From the NCBI GenBank assembly GCA_019636215.1, contig JAHBXZ010000015.1:11540-75539 (forward strand): a DNA stretch of 64,000 nt, in the 5' to 3' direction. Source of the DNA: Planctomycetota bacterium (lineage in GTDB: Bacteria > Planctomycetota > UBA8742 > UBA2392). Positions 27,376-36,449 of this stretch are shown here, piece after piece (the stretch's first letter is position 1; the number at the start of each line of letters is the position of its first letter). The translations under genes and the position numbers were made by a program. The notes below the pieces were generated by a model. It was not told the origin of the DNA, searched no databases, and saw only the letters and a program-made list of their open reading frames with translations.

Positions 27376-28857
27376 CTATGGCTTTACGGTCAACCTTGCC
27401 GTGTAGGCCTCGCCTGTGTTGCGCATGTCCCAGGCGGTTTGGGCGAGAATGCCCTGGTCGCGCTTTACGGTGACCGGCTCGCGTTCCTTGGCGTTCACGA
27501 CCAGCCGGATCGGCTTGTTCAGGTCCACCAGCCCGTCGTGCAGCCACAGCACAAGTTCAGTCACGCCTTCGGTAGTCACCGTGATCAGGTTCTCGGCCTT
27601 GTTGATGGTGACGCTGGCAATGCCGCCGGCGGCCTGCTTTTCTGGCCAGTCGCCGCGCTTGCCTTGCCAGCTTTGCTGCTTGATCTCAAGCCAGCCGTGG
27701 CGGCTGTTGCCAGGGTTGTCGTCGTCTTTCATGCCGCGTGCGGTGACTTCGACCGGGTTGGGGTCGCGCTTGTGTTGCAGCATTTCGCCCAGTGCCTGCG
27801 CGATCAACTCGACCTTGGCGCTGCCGTGAAAGCCCTCATACTCGTGAAACTGCAGCGGCAGCTTGGCGGCCTGCATTTCGTCGCGGGCCTTGCGCGCCCA
27901 GGCGGTGGGGTACTTCTTGTCGTCGTTGGCGTGCACCCAGGTGACGGGAATGTTGCGGTGGCAATCCAGCCACGGAAACTCGACCGCTTGCTCGCCCAGT
28001 TTGCCCGTCGCGCGCAGGTCGTCGATCTTTTTGGCCTCGGTGGGCTTGATCTCGGTCAGGTAATGCATCGGCAAAGCATCCCGCACGCAGATCGCCGCGA
28101 ACTGCGAAGGCCGCAGCTGCGCCAGCCGGAAGCAGGCCTCGCCGCCCATTCCGCCGCCGGTGATGTAAATCCGGTCGCGGTCAATGTTGAAGTCGCGCAC
28201 AAGGCCGTCAACCAGGTTCAGCACGGAGTCGACACCCTCCGGTGAAGGGCCCCAGCCGAAGTAGGCCTGGATACCGGGCGGGTTGGTGGTGGGGTCGTGC
28301 GAGGCCAGCCCGCGATTGAGCGCCATCGGGCAGGCCAGGATGCAATCGGCCAGCCCGGCGGCCCCGCCGCGCAGGCAGGTGCGCAGGCCGGAAAGTTCAT
28401 ACCAGGCCGTGCCCTTTTCACTGTGCAGCCCGATCACCAGCGGCACAGGTTTGGCGGCACTGATGCCCTTGGGCAGGTCAAGCATTGCATAGGTGTTGTA
28501 GACCGTGCGCTTGGTGCGCACCTGATAGTTGTAATCCAGTGCACCCTCGTGCACTTCTTTCAGGTCGGGCAGCCTGGCAGGGGCGCGGCGCTGCAGGGCC
28601 AGGGCGTGATCACGCGCCGAAGGGTCGGCCAGTTCGCGGCCGTTCAGGCCGGCAATCAGCTTGTCGCGGGTCTTGTCGTCTTTGGCGGCAAACACGGCCT
28701 CCAGCGACGACTGGGCCGTGCCCTGCGCCAGCGCAAGCCCGGCCACAAGCGTCAACAGAATGCAAAGCCCGAATCGAACTGCCGGAGTCATGGCGTCTGT
28801 GTGGGGCTGCATCGGGCAACTTTCTCGACGGCAGTCTGGGCTGATCTGCCGCATCAC
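27376..28857 (-). CDS. Secreted alpha/beta-hydrolase-fold protein (esterase/peptidase-like) with the nucleophile Ser replaced by Gly
   Basis: PLVIGLHSEKG... and DRIYITGGGMGGEA align with the GxSxGG nucleophile elbow, but the Ser position is GGA (28150-28152). A signal peptide follows the alternative start at 28791. Confidence 0.75.
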   Translation of the reverse strand: MMRQISPDCRRESCPMQPHTDAMTPAVRFGLCILLTLVAGLALAQGTAQSSLEAVFAAKDDKTRDKLIAGLNGRELADPSARDHALALQRRAPARLPDLKEVHEGALDYNYQVRTKRTVYNTYAMLDLPKGISAAKPVPLVIGLHSEKGTAWYELSGLRTCLRGGAAGLADCILACPMALNRGLASHDPTTNPPGIQAYFGWGPSPEGVDSVLNLVDGLVRDFNIDRDRIYITGGGMGGEACFRLAQLRPSQFAAICVRDALPMHYLTEIKPTEAKKIDDLRATGKLGEQAVEFPWLDCHRNIPVTWVHANDDKKYPTAWARKARDEMQAAKLPLQFHEYEGFHGSAKVELIAQALGEMLQHKRDPNPVEVTARGMKDDDNPGNSRHGWLEIKQQSWQGKRGDWPEKQAAGGIASVTINKAENLITVTTEGVTELVLWLHDGLVDLNKPIRLVVNAKEREPVTVKRDQGILAQTAWDMRNTGEAYTARLTVKP

Positions 28858-29777
28858 TGGTACAGGTCGGGGTACAGCTGCTGCAACTGCTGCTTCAGCG
28901 CCGCGTGCATCTCGAACAAGAACAGCTCTGCGTAGGGCGGATCCACTGGTTTGCCGTAACCCATGCGGGTCGCCAGCGCGGCTGCGGCCGCCATGGCCGC
29001 CTGCTGCCGTGCGGCGTTGCTGATGGTGCTCAGCCTTGACCCGAACTCCTCCAGCCGCACGTAATCGTCGGGCGTCAGCTTGCTCATCTCGATGTGGCTC
29101 AGCGGGAAGTAATGGTGCGGCAACTGAAAATACAGCGGCACGTGCGGCCGGTTGGTGGCCAGCGTCGGCGGACGCTGGCTGATCACCATCGTGCCGGCCA
29201 CGAAGTCCGACAACGACCTGCCCTTGCGGTCAATGAACATCAGCAGGCCCAGCGCCGAAAAAGGGGCCATGGCCATCAGCCATTCCGCGTTGAAGTACCC
29301 GATCACCAGCAGCGCCGGCATCGGGCCGATCACCACAAGCCGCATGAATGCCCGGGTGATGCCCTCGCGCGGGCCGATTTCCTGCCCGGTTTCGGTAATC
29401 ACGCGCAGGCGCAGCAGGGACTTGCCCGGCGTCTGGCCTGAAAACATGCCCTCGAACAGAAAGAAGTAGCCCACATTGAAAAACATGAACAGCAGGATCA
29501 GCAGCGTCCATGTCAGCAGCGGCGAACTGCCCGACATCAACGCCGAGATCGTGCTGACCACAAACACCAGCATCAGGACCAGGCACCCCAGCACAATGAT
29601 CCCCAGGTCAATCAGCGTGGCCCACACCCGCGAAACCGGGTTGGCAACCTCAAAGGCGGCCTCGACGTCTTCGGGCAGCGGCACGCGGTGCATGTGCAGC
29701 ATCGTGCCCACGCGGTCGGCCTGGGGCACAGGACGGGTGGCGTCAGTGAATTGGGCCGAGTAAGCTATGTTCGTCAT
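28854..29777 (-). CDS. RDD-family membrane protein
   Basis: RVWATLIDLGIIVLG... RDD-type N-terminal helix region with multiple TM segments. Confidence 0.75.
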   Translation of the reverse strand: MTNIAYSAQFTDATRPVPQADRVGTMLHMHRVPLPEDVEAAFEVANPVSRVWATLIDLGIIVLGCLVLMLVFVVSTISALMSGSSPLLTWTLLILLFMFFNVGYFFLFEGMFSGQTPGKSLLRLRVITETGQEIGPREGITRAFMRLVVIGPMPALLVIGYFNAEWLMAMAPFSALGLLMFIDRKGRSLSDFVAGTMVISQRPPTLATNRPHVPLYFQLPHHYFPLSHIEMSKLTPDDYVRLEEFGSRLSTISNAARQQAAMAAAAALATRMGYGKPVDPPYAELFLFEMHAALKQQLQQLYPDLYQ

Positions 29778-30792
29778 GACCGGACTGCCTCACCACCACA
29801 CAAGCTGGGCTTCGCGCGCCATGGACCGCTGGCGCTTTCTGGCCATGGAAGGCATGCGCTGGTCCAGGCCTTTGGCCCGTCCCCGCACACTGCAACAGGT
29901 GGAACAGTTTACCAGCGCCTACCGCCAGGCCGCCACAGAGCTGGCGCGCGTGCGCGCATTTTCGCCCGACAAACGCCTGGCTGAATACATTGAACAATCC
30001 GTGGCCACGGCGCACTTTGCCGTGTACCGCCAGCGGCGCCCGGCGCTTTCGCGCGTGCTGTACGGGGCGCTGTTTGCTTTTCCTGCCGCGGTGCGACGCC
30101 ACTGGAAGTACCACCTGGCGGCGCTGCTGCTGACCGCACTGCCCACGCTGGTGGCGTTTGTGGCCGTGGCCCACAACCCCGACAACTACTACCTGTTTGT
30201 CGACCGCGACCTGGCGGCCGGCCGCGACCCTTCGGCCAGCCGTGACTACCTGGCGTCCGGCCTTGGCGCGGAGGACACCGACATGGACATGGACATCTTC
30301 TTTTCGCAGTTCCTGTTCACGCACAACACCAGGGTGGCGTTTCTGTGTTACGCGTTCGGCGCGCTGCTGGGCCTGCCAACGATTTACCTGCTGGCCAAAA
30401 ACGGGCTGATGCTGGGCGCCTTTACGGCGCTGTTCGTCGACAAGGGGCTGGCGGTGCCGTACTTCGCGTGGATTCTGCCCCACGGCGTGCCCGAGTTCGG
30501 CGCAATCATCCTGTGCGGCGGCGCGGGCCTGCTGCTTGGTCACCGGGTGCTGAACCCCGGCGGCAAGTCGCGCAAAGACGCGCTGCGCCTGGCCGCGCAG
30601 GATGCAAGCGTCACGGCCATGGGCTGTGTGCCCCTGCTGCTGCTGGCCGGCCTGATTGAGGGCATCTTCCGCCAGAGCCACGCGTCCACCGGGTTGCGTT
30701 ACGCGCTGTTTGCCGCGCTTACGCTGGGGCTGGGGGCCTGGATTGCCTTTGCCCGGGCCAAACCCAGACCAGATTGGCTGGCCGGCTCCTGA
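29767..30792 (+). CDS. Stage II sporulation protein M-like (DUF95) membrane protein
   Basis: FTHNTRVAFLCYAFGALLGLPTIYLLAKNGLMLGA and ILPHGVPEFGAIILCGGAG motifs. The start may be at 29821. Confidence 0.8.
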   Translation: MFVMTGLPHHHTSWASRAMDRWRFLAMEGMRWSRPLARPRTLQQVEQFTSAYRQAATELARVRAFSPDKRLAEYIEQSVATAHFAVYRQRRPALSRVLYGALFAFPAAVRRHWKYHLAALLLTALPTLVAFVAVAHNPDNYYLFVDRDLAAGRDPSASRDYLASGLGAEDTDMDMDIFFSQFLFTHNTRVAFLCYAFGALLGLPTIYLLAKNGLMLGAFTALFVDKGLAVPYFAWILPHGVPEFGAIILCGGAGLLLGHRVLNPGGKSRKDALRLAAQDASVTAMGCVPLLLLAGLIEGIFRQSHASTGLRYALFAALTLGLGAWIAFARAKPRPDWLAGS

Positions 30793-30796
30793 TCGT

Positions 30797-31483
30797 TCAA
30801 ACCGTGTTCAAGGTGGTCTCGCCCACGGCGTACAGGTACATCACGCCCCACAGGTCGCCCGGTTGCAGCATTTCCGCCATGCGCTTGGCGTACTTTTCAG
30901 CGCCCTTCTTGTCGCCCTCGCGTTTGGCCCTCAGGTGCCGCGCAAAATGCACCGGCATGGCCTCGGCCACGTTCTTGGGCATGGCCAGCAGTTGCGTCAG
31001 ACCGGGCTTGGCAAAGTACATGCTCAGCGGGCTCTTGAGTTCCTTGACCGGGGCCAGGCGCTTCAGCCAGGCTTCGGCGTCACTCACCTTGTACAGGTGT
31101 TCCAGGCAGGTTGCGGGAAGCAGCCACAGGGTGCTGGGCGGGCTGCGGTGCTTGATGAGTTCCTCCACGGCGGCCTTGCAAGGCTCGGCCTCGTGCTTGC
31201 CGCCGTAAATGGTGCGAATGGCGTGGGCCAGGGCGCGCAGTTCGTTGACTTCGTTGCGTTGTTCCTGGGTGCCGTACTCGCGGTTGGCCCAATCGGCGGC
31301 ATCCAGGTCCACCATGGCCTGGGCGCCGTCGCCGGCCATCAGGAACACGCGGGCGTGAATGACATAAGCCGGCCCGAAGTCCCGAAACTTCGCCAGCAGG
31401 GGATCCAGCAGTTCCACAGCGCCCTGAAGATCGCCCTGGTTGGCCAGTTGCGCGGCCTTGTTGCAAACTTCCAGTGGTTCCAC
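30797..31483 (-). CDS. Hypothetical helical (TPR-like) protein
   Basis: 228-aa ORF with coding-like composition and an N-terminal TPR-like hairpin (AAQLANQGDLQGAVELLDPLL). Confidence 0.55.
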   Translation of the reverse strand: MEPLEVCNKAAQLANQGDLQGAVELLDPLLAKFRDFGPAYVIHARVFLMAGDGAQAMVDLDAADWANREYGTQEQRNEVNELRALAHAIRTIYGGKHEAEPCKAAVEELIKHRSPPSTLWLLPATCLEHLYKVSDAEAWLKRLAPVKELKSPLSMYFAKPGLTQLLAMPKNVAEAMPVHFARHLRAKREGDKKGAEKYAKRMAEMLQPGDLWGVMYLYAVGETTLNTV

Positions 31484-31617
31484 GTTCTGTTCCTGGCGGG
31501 GGTAACGCCAGCTGGAGTATAGGGCGAAGGCAAGGGCGGTGCCACCGGCTGCGCGGTGGTGATGCGAAAGGGCGCGTGCCTTTGGCGCGCGCCCTTTGGC
31601 TGGTTGGGTGGTTTGGG

Positions 31618-32427
31618 TCAGTTCAGGTCGATCTGCACGCGGTAGTTTCCGCTGCCGCTGCTGGCGCCTACGCGCACCACATAGGTGCCGGGTGCCAGGG
31701 CGATGTTGATCGCGGCCGGGTCGGCAATGCCCGTGGGGTCGGCCCAGGCAAGTTCTTCGCCGTACTCGTTCAGGATCTGCAGATTGCCGTCGAAGCTACC
31801 GCTGGTGCGGGTCAGGTACACATCAAGGACCGCACTGTGATTCACCGTGAAGATGTAGCTGTCCACGTCGCTGGCGTTGCTCAGGCTGGCGTTGTCAATC
31901 GCCGTCGCAGGCACGCCCAGCACGCCGAAGTCCGCGCCACCGGTGGGCTCAATCATGATGTCCACGGCATAGTTGCCCACGCTGCCGGCCGCGCCGCCCA
32001 CCACAATGAAGTAGTTGCCCGGGGCCAGTGTGCCCACTACCACGGCATCCAGGCCGGGGCCGCCGTCGTCGTCGCCGAACAGAAACAGAAAGTCGCCGCG
32101 GTAGACATCAAGAAAGCCGTCAAAGCCGCCCTGGCCGGTCAGGGTGATCAGCACCACGCTGGTTTCGGCCAGGCTGAACTCAAAGCCGTCCAGGTCGTGG
32201 CTGTCGGAAATGTCGCGCTCTGCAAAATCATGGTCAAAGGTCAGCATCAACCCGAAATCGCGGCCGCCGGCCGGCACGTGGTCGATCACGACAACGTTAT
32301 GGTCTTCTTCTTCGCGGTGATGGTCGTCGCAGCCGGCCAGCAGCAGCAGGGGCGCGGCCAGCAGCAGGGCGAGTCGGTGCTTCAGCAGGTTCTTCATGTT
32401 TGGCCCTCGGTTAGTCCTGACACGCAA
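31618..32427 (-). CDS. Lipoprotein with two pre-peptidase C-terminal (PPC)-like domains
   Basis: Lipobox LLLLAGC, followed by two repeats of the D.D.F.F......V.I.L...G..D..L.........DD......Y.V.V PPC pattern (...GNYAVDI, ...GNYRVQI). Confidence 0.7.
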   Translation of the reverse strand: MRVRTNRGPNMKNLLKHRLALLLAAPLLLLAGCDDHHREEEDHNVVVIDHVPAGGRDFGLMLTFDHDFAERDISDSHDLDGFEFSLAETSVVLITLTGQGGFDGFLDVYRGDFLFLFGDDDGGPGLDAVVVGTLAPGNYFIVVGGAAGSVGNYAVDIMIEPTGGADFGVLGVPATAIDNASLSNASDVDSYIFTVNHSAVLDVYLTRTSGSFDGNLQILNEYGEELAWADPTGIADPAAINIALAPGTYVVRVGASSGSGNYRVQIDLN

Positions 32428-32545
32428 AAGGTACCCCGTGTCAAGCAGCGTTTCGCCGCAAATCTTCCGGCAGGTGCGGGCACGAGTGCCAGAAAACAGG
32501 CAAGGGGCGGCACAGGGCCGCCCCTTGGTTTGTCTTCTGCAGTAC

Positions 32546-33259
32546 TTACTTGCCCTTCAGGATCTGCAGGGCGTCGTTGATGTCCTTCGTCAACTCGGTG
32601 CCCTTGTAGGTCTTCTGCATATCCTTCAGGCGCTTCTCGCCGTCCTTGGGCTTGTCAGCCAGGATCGTGTCTACTTCCTGCCGGGCCTTGTCCAGCGTAC
32701 TGCGGTAGGCACGGATGGTGTCTTCCTGCGCGGAAAGGCCGACCACGCCTTCCTTGAAGTTCTTCATGACAGACTTCAGGAACCCGACGGTGTCCTTGGC
32801 TTCCAGCAGCTTGTTGGCTTCATCAAGATTCTTCTGCAGACGCTTGTTGACGATCTCCATCGCGTCCTTCACTTCGTCAACCTTGGTTGCCAACTGCTTG
32901 CCATCGGGCGCGCGGGTGAAGCGCGAGTACTCGTTGCCGTGATAGTCGCAGACCAGCCAGGCCGGCACAGTCGTGATGTTGTAGTCACGGCTTGGGTTGG
33001 GGCTGCTGAGCTTGCTGGAAGGAATCGGCGTACCGGTGTCCAGTGAAGGAGTACGGTCGTTGTTGTACTCAATCAGGATGAAGACGGCCTTTTCCTTGGA
33101 CAGCTTGGAGATGTCCTCGCCGTTCAGCAGCTTGGTAGCGCCGGTGGCGTCCATGCCTTCCTCAAGGAAGAACAGAACCACGGCCTTCTTGTCTTTGGCT
33201 GCTTTCTCGAGCGTCTTGTTGTCGGGCTTTTCCCAGACCGGGCGCTTTTCTTCGGGCAC
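32546..33259 (-). CDS. Thioredoxin-fold protein lacking CxxC
   Basis: KKAVVLFFLEEGMDATGATKLL sits at the position of the Trx active site. GTG start as in the ORF track. The frame is open and in frame for a further 66 Gly/Lys-rich codons upstream. Confidence 0.75.
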   Translation of the reverse strand: MPEEKRPVWEKPDNKTLEKAAKDKKAVVLFFLEEGMDATGATKLLNGEDISKLSKEKAVFILIEYNNDRTPSLDTGTPIPSSKLSSPNPSRDYNITTVPAWLVCDYHGNEYSRFTRAPDGKQLATKVDEVKDAMEIVNKRLQKNLDEANKLLEAKDTVGFLKSVMKNFKEGVVGLSAQEDTIRAYRSTLDKARQEVDTILADKPKDGEKRLKDMQKTYKGTELTKDINDALQILKGK

Positions 33260-33457
33260 CAGCTCTTCAATGCCGCCCTTGCCGTAATCCGGCTTGCCGG
33301 TCGACTTGCTGCCGGAAGACCCGGCCTTGCCGTACTTGTCTTTTTCAAGGGCAGCCTTGGCTACACCCTTGCCGCCGCCGCTGGCTGTTGCACCACCGCC
33401 GCCGCCTGCCGGGCCGGCACCACCGCCTGAGGGAGAACCTCCCCCTCCGCCGCCGCC

Positions 33458-33547
33458 TCATCACTGTGCCGCAAGGGGCTGGGCCATGATCCCAGCGAGG
33501 GCAAACGCGCCGATTCCCAGCGCGAGTGCAGTAAGCCTCTTGTTCAT
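33458..33547 (-). other. 28-codon signal-peptide ORF ending in tandem TGA TGA, in frame with the downstream Trx-fold CDS
   Basis: ATG at 33547 encodes MNKRLTALALGIGAFALAGIMAQPLAAQ, then TGA (33463-33461) and TGA (33460-33458). 33547 minus 33259 is 288, which is divisible by 3. Confidence 0.6.
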
Positions 33548-33726
33548 TGCTTCCTCCAGGTTTTTGACTGCCCTAAACGCGGGGACAGGCTAACAGATTA
33601 TGTGTAAGAACCCACAGTTACCACACTCAGTTTTTCCGAATTCATTAACACCAAACCCGGCATGCGTGAAAACGGAAACTGTCAAAAACAACGCAACTCA
33701 TTGTTGCAAAACAACTTGCAAAAAGA

Positions 33727-34335
33727 CTAGCCCTTCTTGGCGCGTTCCCAGCGCTGGCGCAGCGGCATGTAGTCCTTGATCACCCGGTCCCGGCCAATCA
33801 ACTCAATCAGCAATTCCAGGCCTCGCTGGTGCATGCCCAGGCCGCGATGGCTGCCGCAGAACTCGGCAAACACCATGGGCTCAACGCCGCGTTCAAACAG
33901 GTCGAGTGCCGTCTTCATGATCTGGCACTCTGTGTCGGCACCCACAATGTAGATGCCGGTGTTGTCGAGGTTGAGCTCTGACAGCAGCTCCTCAAACTCC
34001 GGCGTCACGGCACTGTAGACGTTCTTGGTAAGCAGATAGCGCTTGGCGCCATAGTTTTCGCCAAGATCAGTGACGCCGTAGGCATCAAGGCCGGGCACGG
34101 AAGCGCCCATGACTTCGGCAATTTTGGGGTCCATGCCGGCGGTCATGAAATCGGCAAAGTCTTTCTGTTCAAGGAACAGCCGGGCCGGGCAATCCGCAGT
34201 GTTCACGTAGCGCGTGAAGATGATCGGGTTGAAAAGTTCGGCCTTGACCAGGCTTGCGATGCTGGACGGGGCAAAGCGGTTGTATTCGCTTACATTGCCG
34301 CGCTGCATGTCCACGATCATTAGCGGTCTTTGCAT
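33727..34335 (-). CDS. Isochorismatase-like cysteine hydrolase
   Basis: LMIVDMQ and IYIVGADTECQ motifs. Confidence 0.8.
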   Translation of the reverse strand: MQRPLMIVDMQRGNVSEYNRFAPSSIASLVKAELFNPIIFTRYVNTADCPARLFLEQKDFADFMTAGMDPKIAEVMGASVPGLDAYGVTDLGENYGAKRYLLTKNVYSAVTPEFEELLSELNLDNTGIYIVGADTECQIMKTALDLFERGVEPMVFAEFCGSHRGLGMHQRGLELLIELIGRDRVIKDYMPLRQRWERAKKG

Positions 34336-34438
34336 GGCATTCCCTCAGGGCAGGGCAAGCAGTAGAAGCTGGCAAGGGGTGGGTCAGAATAGTGCCGCCG
34401 GGCACCGCGAACAAGGGTGCCCGCCGCACGGAGCCAAA

Positions 34439-35902
34439 ATGCAAGTGCCGGACAGCCGCGTTGCCCTGCGCAATCACGCGCCGGTTCGCCCTGAACGCAA
34501 CTTTGTGCTGTATTGGATGATCGCCGCGCGGCGAACAACGGCCAACTTTGCCTTGCAGCACGCTGCAAACCTGGCCGCCAAACTGGGCAAGCCGCTGCTT
34601 GTGCTGGAGCCGCTGCGCTGCGATTACCCCTGGGCCAGCGACCGGCTGCACAGGTTTGTCCTGCAGGGCATGGCCGACAACGCCGCGGCCCTTGCGGCCA
34701 CCAACACGGCCTATCTTCCTTATGTGGAACCTGCGCCGGGCGCGGGCCGAGGTCTGCTGGCGGCGCTGGGCAAGCAGGCCTGCGCTGTGGTGACCGACGA
34801 CTGGCCCTGTTTCTTTCTGCCGCGCATGGTGGATGCCGCCGCCAAGCAACTGGATTGCGCGCTGGAGGCCGTGGACGGCAACGGCCTCTACCCGTTGCAT
34901 GCCGCACAGCGGGCGTTTCACACCGCAGCGTCGTTTCGCATCCACCTGCACAAGCAGTTGCGCCCGCACCTGTTTGAGTTCCCGGAACCCGACCCGTTGC
35001 AGGGCCGCAAGCTGCCCGGCGGCACCATCCCGCCTGAGGTGCTGCGGCGCTGGCCGGCGGCCGACCTTGCCAGCCCGAATCTTGCCGGCCTGCCGATTGA
35101 TCACACAGTCAGCGCCGTGGAAACCTGCGGCGGGGCCAGGGCGGCGCGGCAGGCCCTGGGCGCGTTTTTGCGCCACCGGCTGTCGCGCTATGCCGAGGAC
35201 CGCAACCAGCCCGACGATTGCGCGGCCAGCGGGCTTTCGCCCTGGCTTCACTTCGGCCACATCGGCGCCCACGAAGTCGCCCGGGCGGTGTTTGAGCACT
35301 GCGACTGGACGCCTGATCGCGTGGTGGGCAAGCCGGTCGGAAAACGCCACGGCTGGTGGGGCCTGCCCGAAAACGCGGAGAGTTTCCTGGACGAGCTGGT
35401 CACCTGGCGCGAGTTGGGCTTTCACTTTTGCCGGGCGTTTCCGGACAGCTATGACCGCCTGGAGAACCTGCCAGCCTTTGCGCGGCGCACGCTGGCCGAA
35501 CACGCCGCCGACCGGCGCGAGCACTTGTACTCGCCCGCCCAGTTTGAAGCCGCCGAAACCCACGACGAAGTCTGGAACGCCGCCCAGCGGGAACTGGTTC
35601 ACAGCGGGCGCATGCACAACTACCTGCGCATGTTGTGGGGCAAGAAGATTCTGCAGTGGTCGCCGACCCCGCAGGCCGCGGTGGCAACCATGATCCAGCT
35701 GAATAACCGGTACGCGCTGGATGGCCGCGACCCCAACAGTTACAGCGGCATTTTCTGGTGCCTGGGGCGCTTTGACCGCGCCTGGGGGCCGCAGCGGCCG
35801 GTGTTCGGCAGTGTGCGCTACATGACCAGCGAAAGCACCCGCCGCAAGCTGCGCCTGGAGGAGTACCTGCAGCGCTGGGGCCCGCGCCGCAGCCTGTTCT
35901 GA
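34439..35902 (+). CDS. phr: Deoxyribodipyrimidine photolyase, class II
   Basis: FVLYWMIAARRTTANFALQHA... and GRMHNYLRMLWGKKILQWS are class II signatures. ATG at 34439 (ORF track 34214). Confidence 0.9.
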   Translation: MQVPDSRVALRNHAPVRPERNFVLYWMIAARRTTANFALQHAANLAAKLGKPLLVLEPLRCDYPWASDRLHRFVLQGMADNAAALAATNTAYLPYVEPAPGAGRGLLAALGKQACAVVTDDWPCFFLPRMVDAAAKQLDCALEAVDGNGLYPLHAAQRAFHTAASFRIHLHKQLRPHLFEFPEPDPLQGRKLPGGTIPPEVLRRWPAADLASPNLAGLPIDHTVSAVETCGGARAARQALGAFLRHRLSRYAEDRNQPDDCAASGLSPWLHFGHIGAHEVARAVFEHCDWTPDRVVGKPVGKRHGWWGLPENAESFLDELVTWRELGFHFCRAFPDSYDRLENLPAFARRTLAEHAADRREHLYSPAQFEAAETHDEVWNAAQRELVHSGRMHNYLRMLWGKKILQWSPTPQAAVATMIQLNNRYALDGRDPNSYSGIFWCLGRFDRAWGPQRPVFGSVRYMTSESTRRKLRLEEYLQRWGPRRSLF

Positions 35903-35929
35903 ACCGGCAGGCGCCGCTACCATCCCGCC

Positions 35930-36394
35930 ATGCGAGTGCCTGCCCTGCTGGTTTGCGTGGTTCTGCTGTGTGGCGGCTGCATGGCCGTGCTGGGCTATGA
36001 GCCGACCGACGAAGAACTTGAGGCAATCCGCCGCGGCGAGGACCCCCGCGCCAACGAAGGCAAACCGGGCAACGAAAAGCCCGGGCCCGCCGACAACCGC
36101 CCCCGCGCCCCCGAGCCCGAGCCCGACAGGCAGCCCGGCCCGGACCGCGGCGTGGTGCTGCGCTGGGTGGACGCCAGCACCGTGGTGATTGAAGCCGACG
36201 CCCGCAGCATGGTGGTGCGCATTCCCGGCGAGTTTGCATCCATCGAGGCCGAGTCGCGGGCCTTCAACGACCGCATGAACAAGTGGACGTACGGCACGGA
36301 GGTGCGCCTGGTGTACCCGCTGCGCGACGCCGGCGGCCAGCCGAAGTACCGCGACGCTGAGGGCAACCTGCTGGCCGAGATCCATGCCCCGTGA
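35930..36394 (+). CDS. Hypothetical lipoprotein
   Basis: Lipobox VVLLCGGC, a Pro/Glu/Arg-rich linker and a small beta-rich C-terminal domain. Confidence 0.6.
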   Translation: MRVPALLVCVVLLCGGCMAVLGYEPTDEELEAIRRGEDPRANEGKPGNEKPGPADNRPRAPEPEPDRQPGPDRGVVLRWVDASTVVIEADARSMVVRIPGEFASIEAESRAFNDRMNKWTYGTEVRLVYPLRDAGGQPKYRDAEGNLLAEIHAP

Positions 36395-36449
36395 TTGACA
36401 CTCCCCCCTTTGCCGCTACCATCCCGCCACGTTTGTACGGAGCCTTGGC

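Noticed and set aside
33458-33463. TGA TGA read as recoded Gly or selenocysteine codons
   Set aside because: TGA clearly terminates conserved genes in the window (e.g. ribF at its normal C-terminus, and the TPR gene ending at 58792). Alternative genetic code 25 is associated with low-GC candidate phyla, not with a 65% GC planctomycete-like genome. Two adjacent Sec codons, with no SECIS-like hairpin that I could see downstream, are implausible.
34169-36385. 738-aa ORF on the - strand
   Set aside because: It is antisense to the class II photolyase and the lipoprotein gene. No motifs; shadow ORF.
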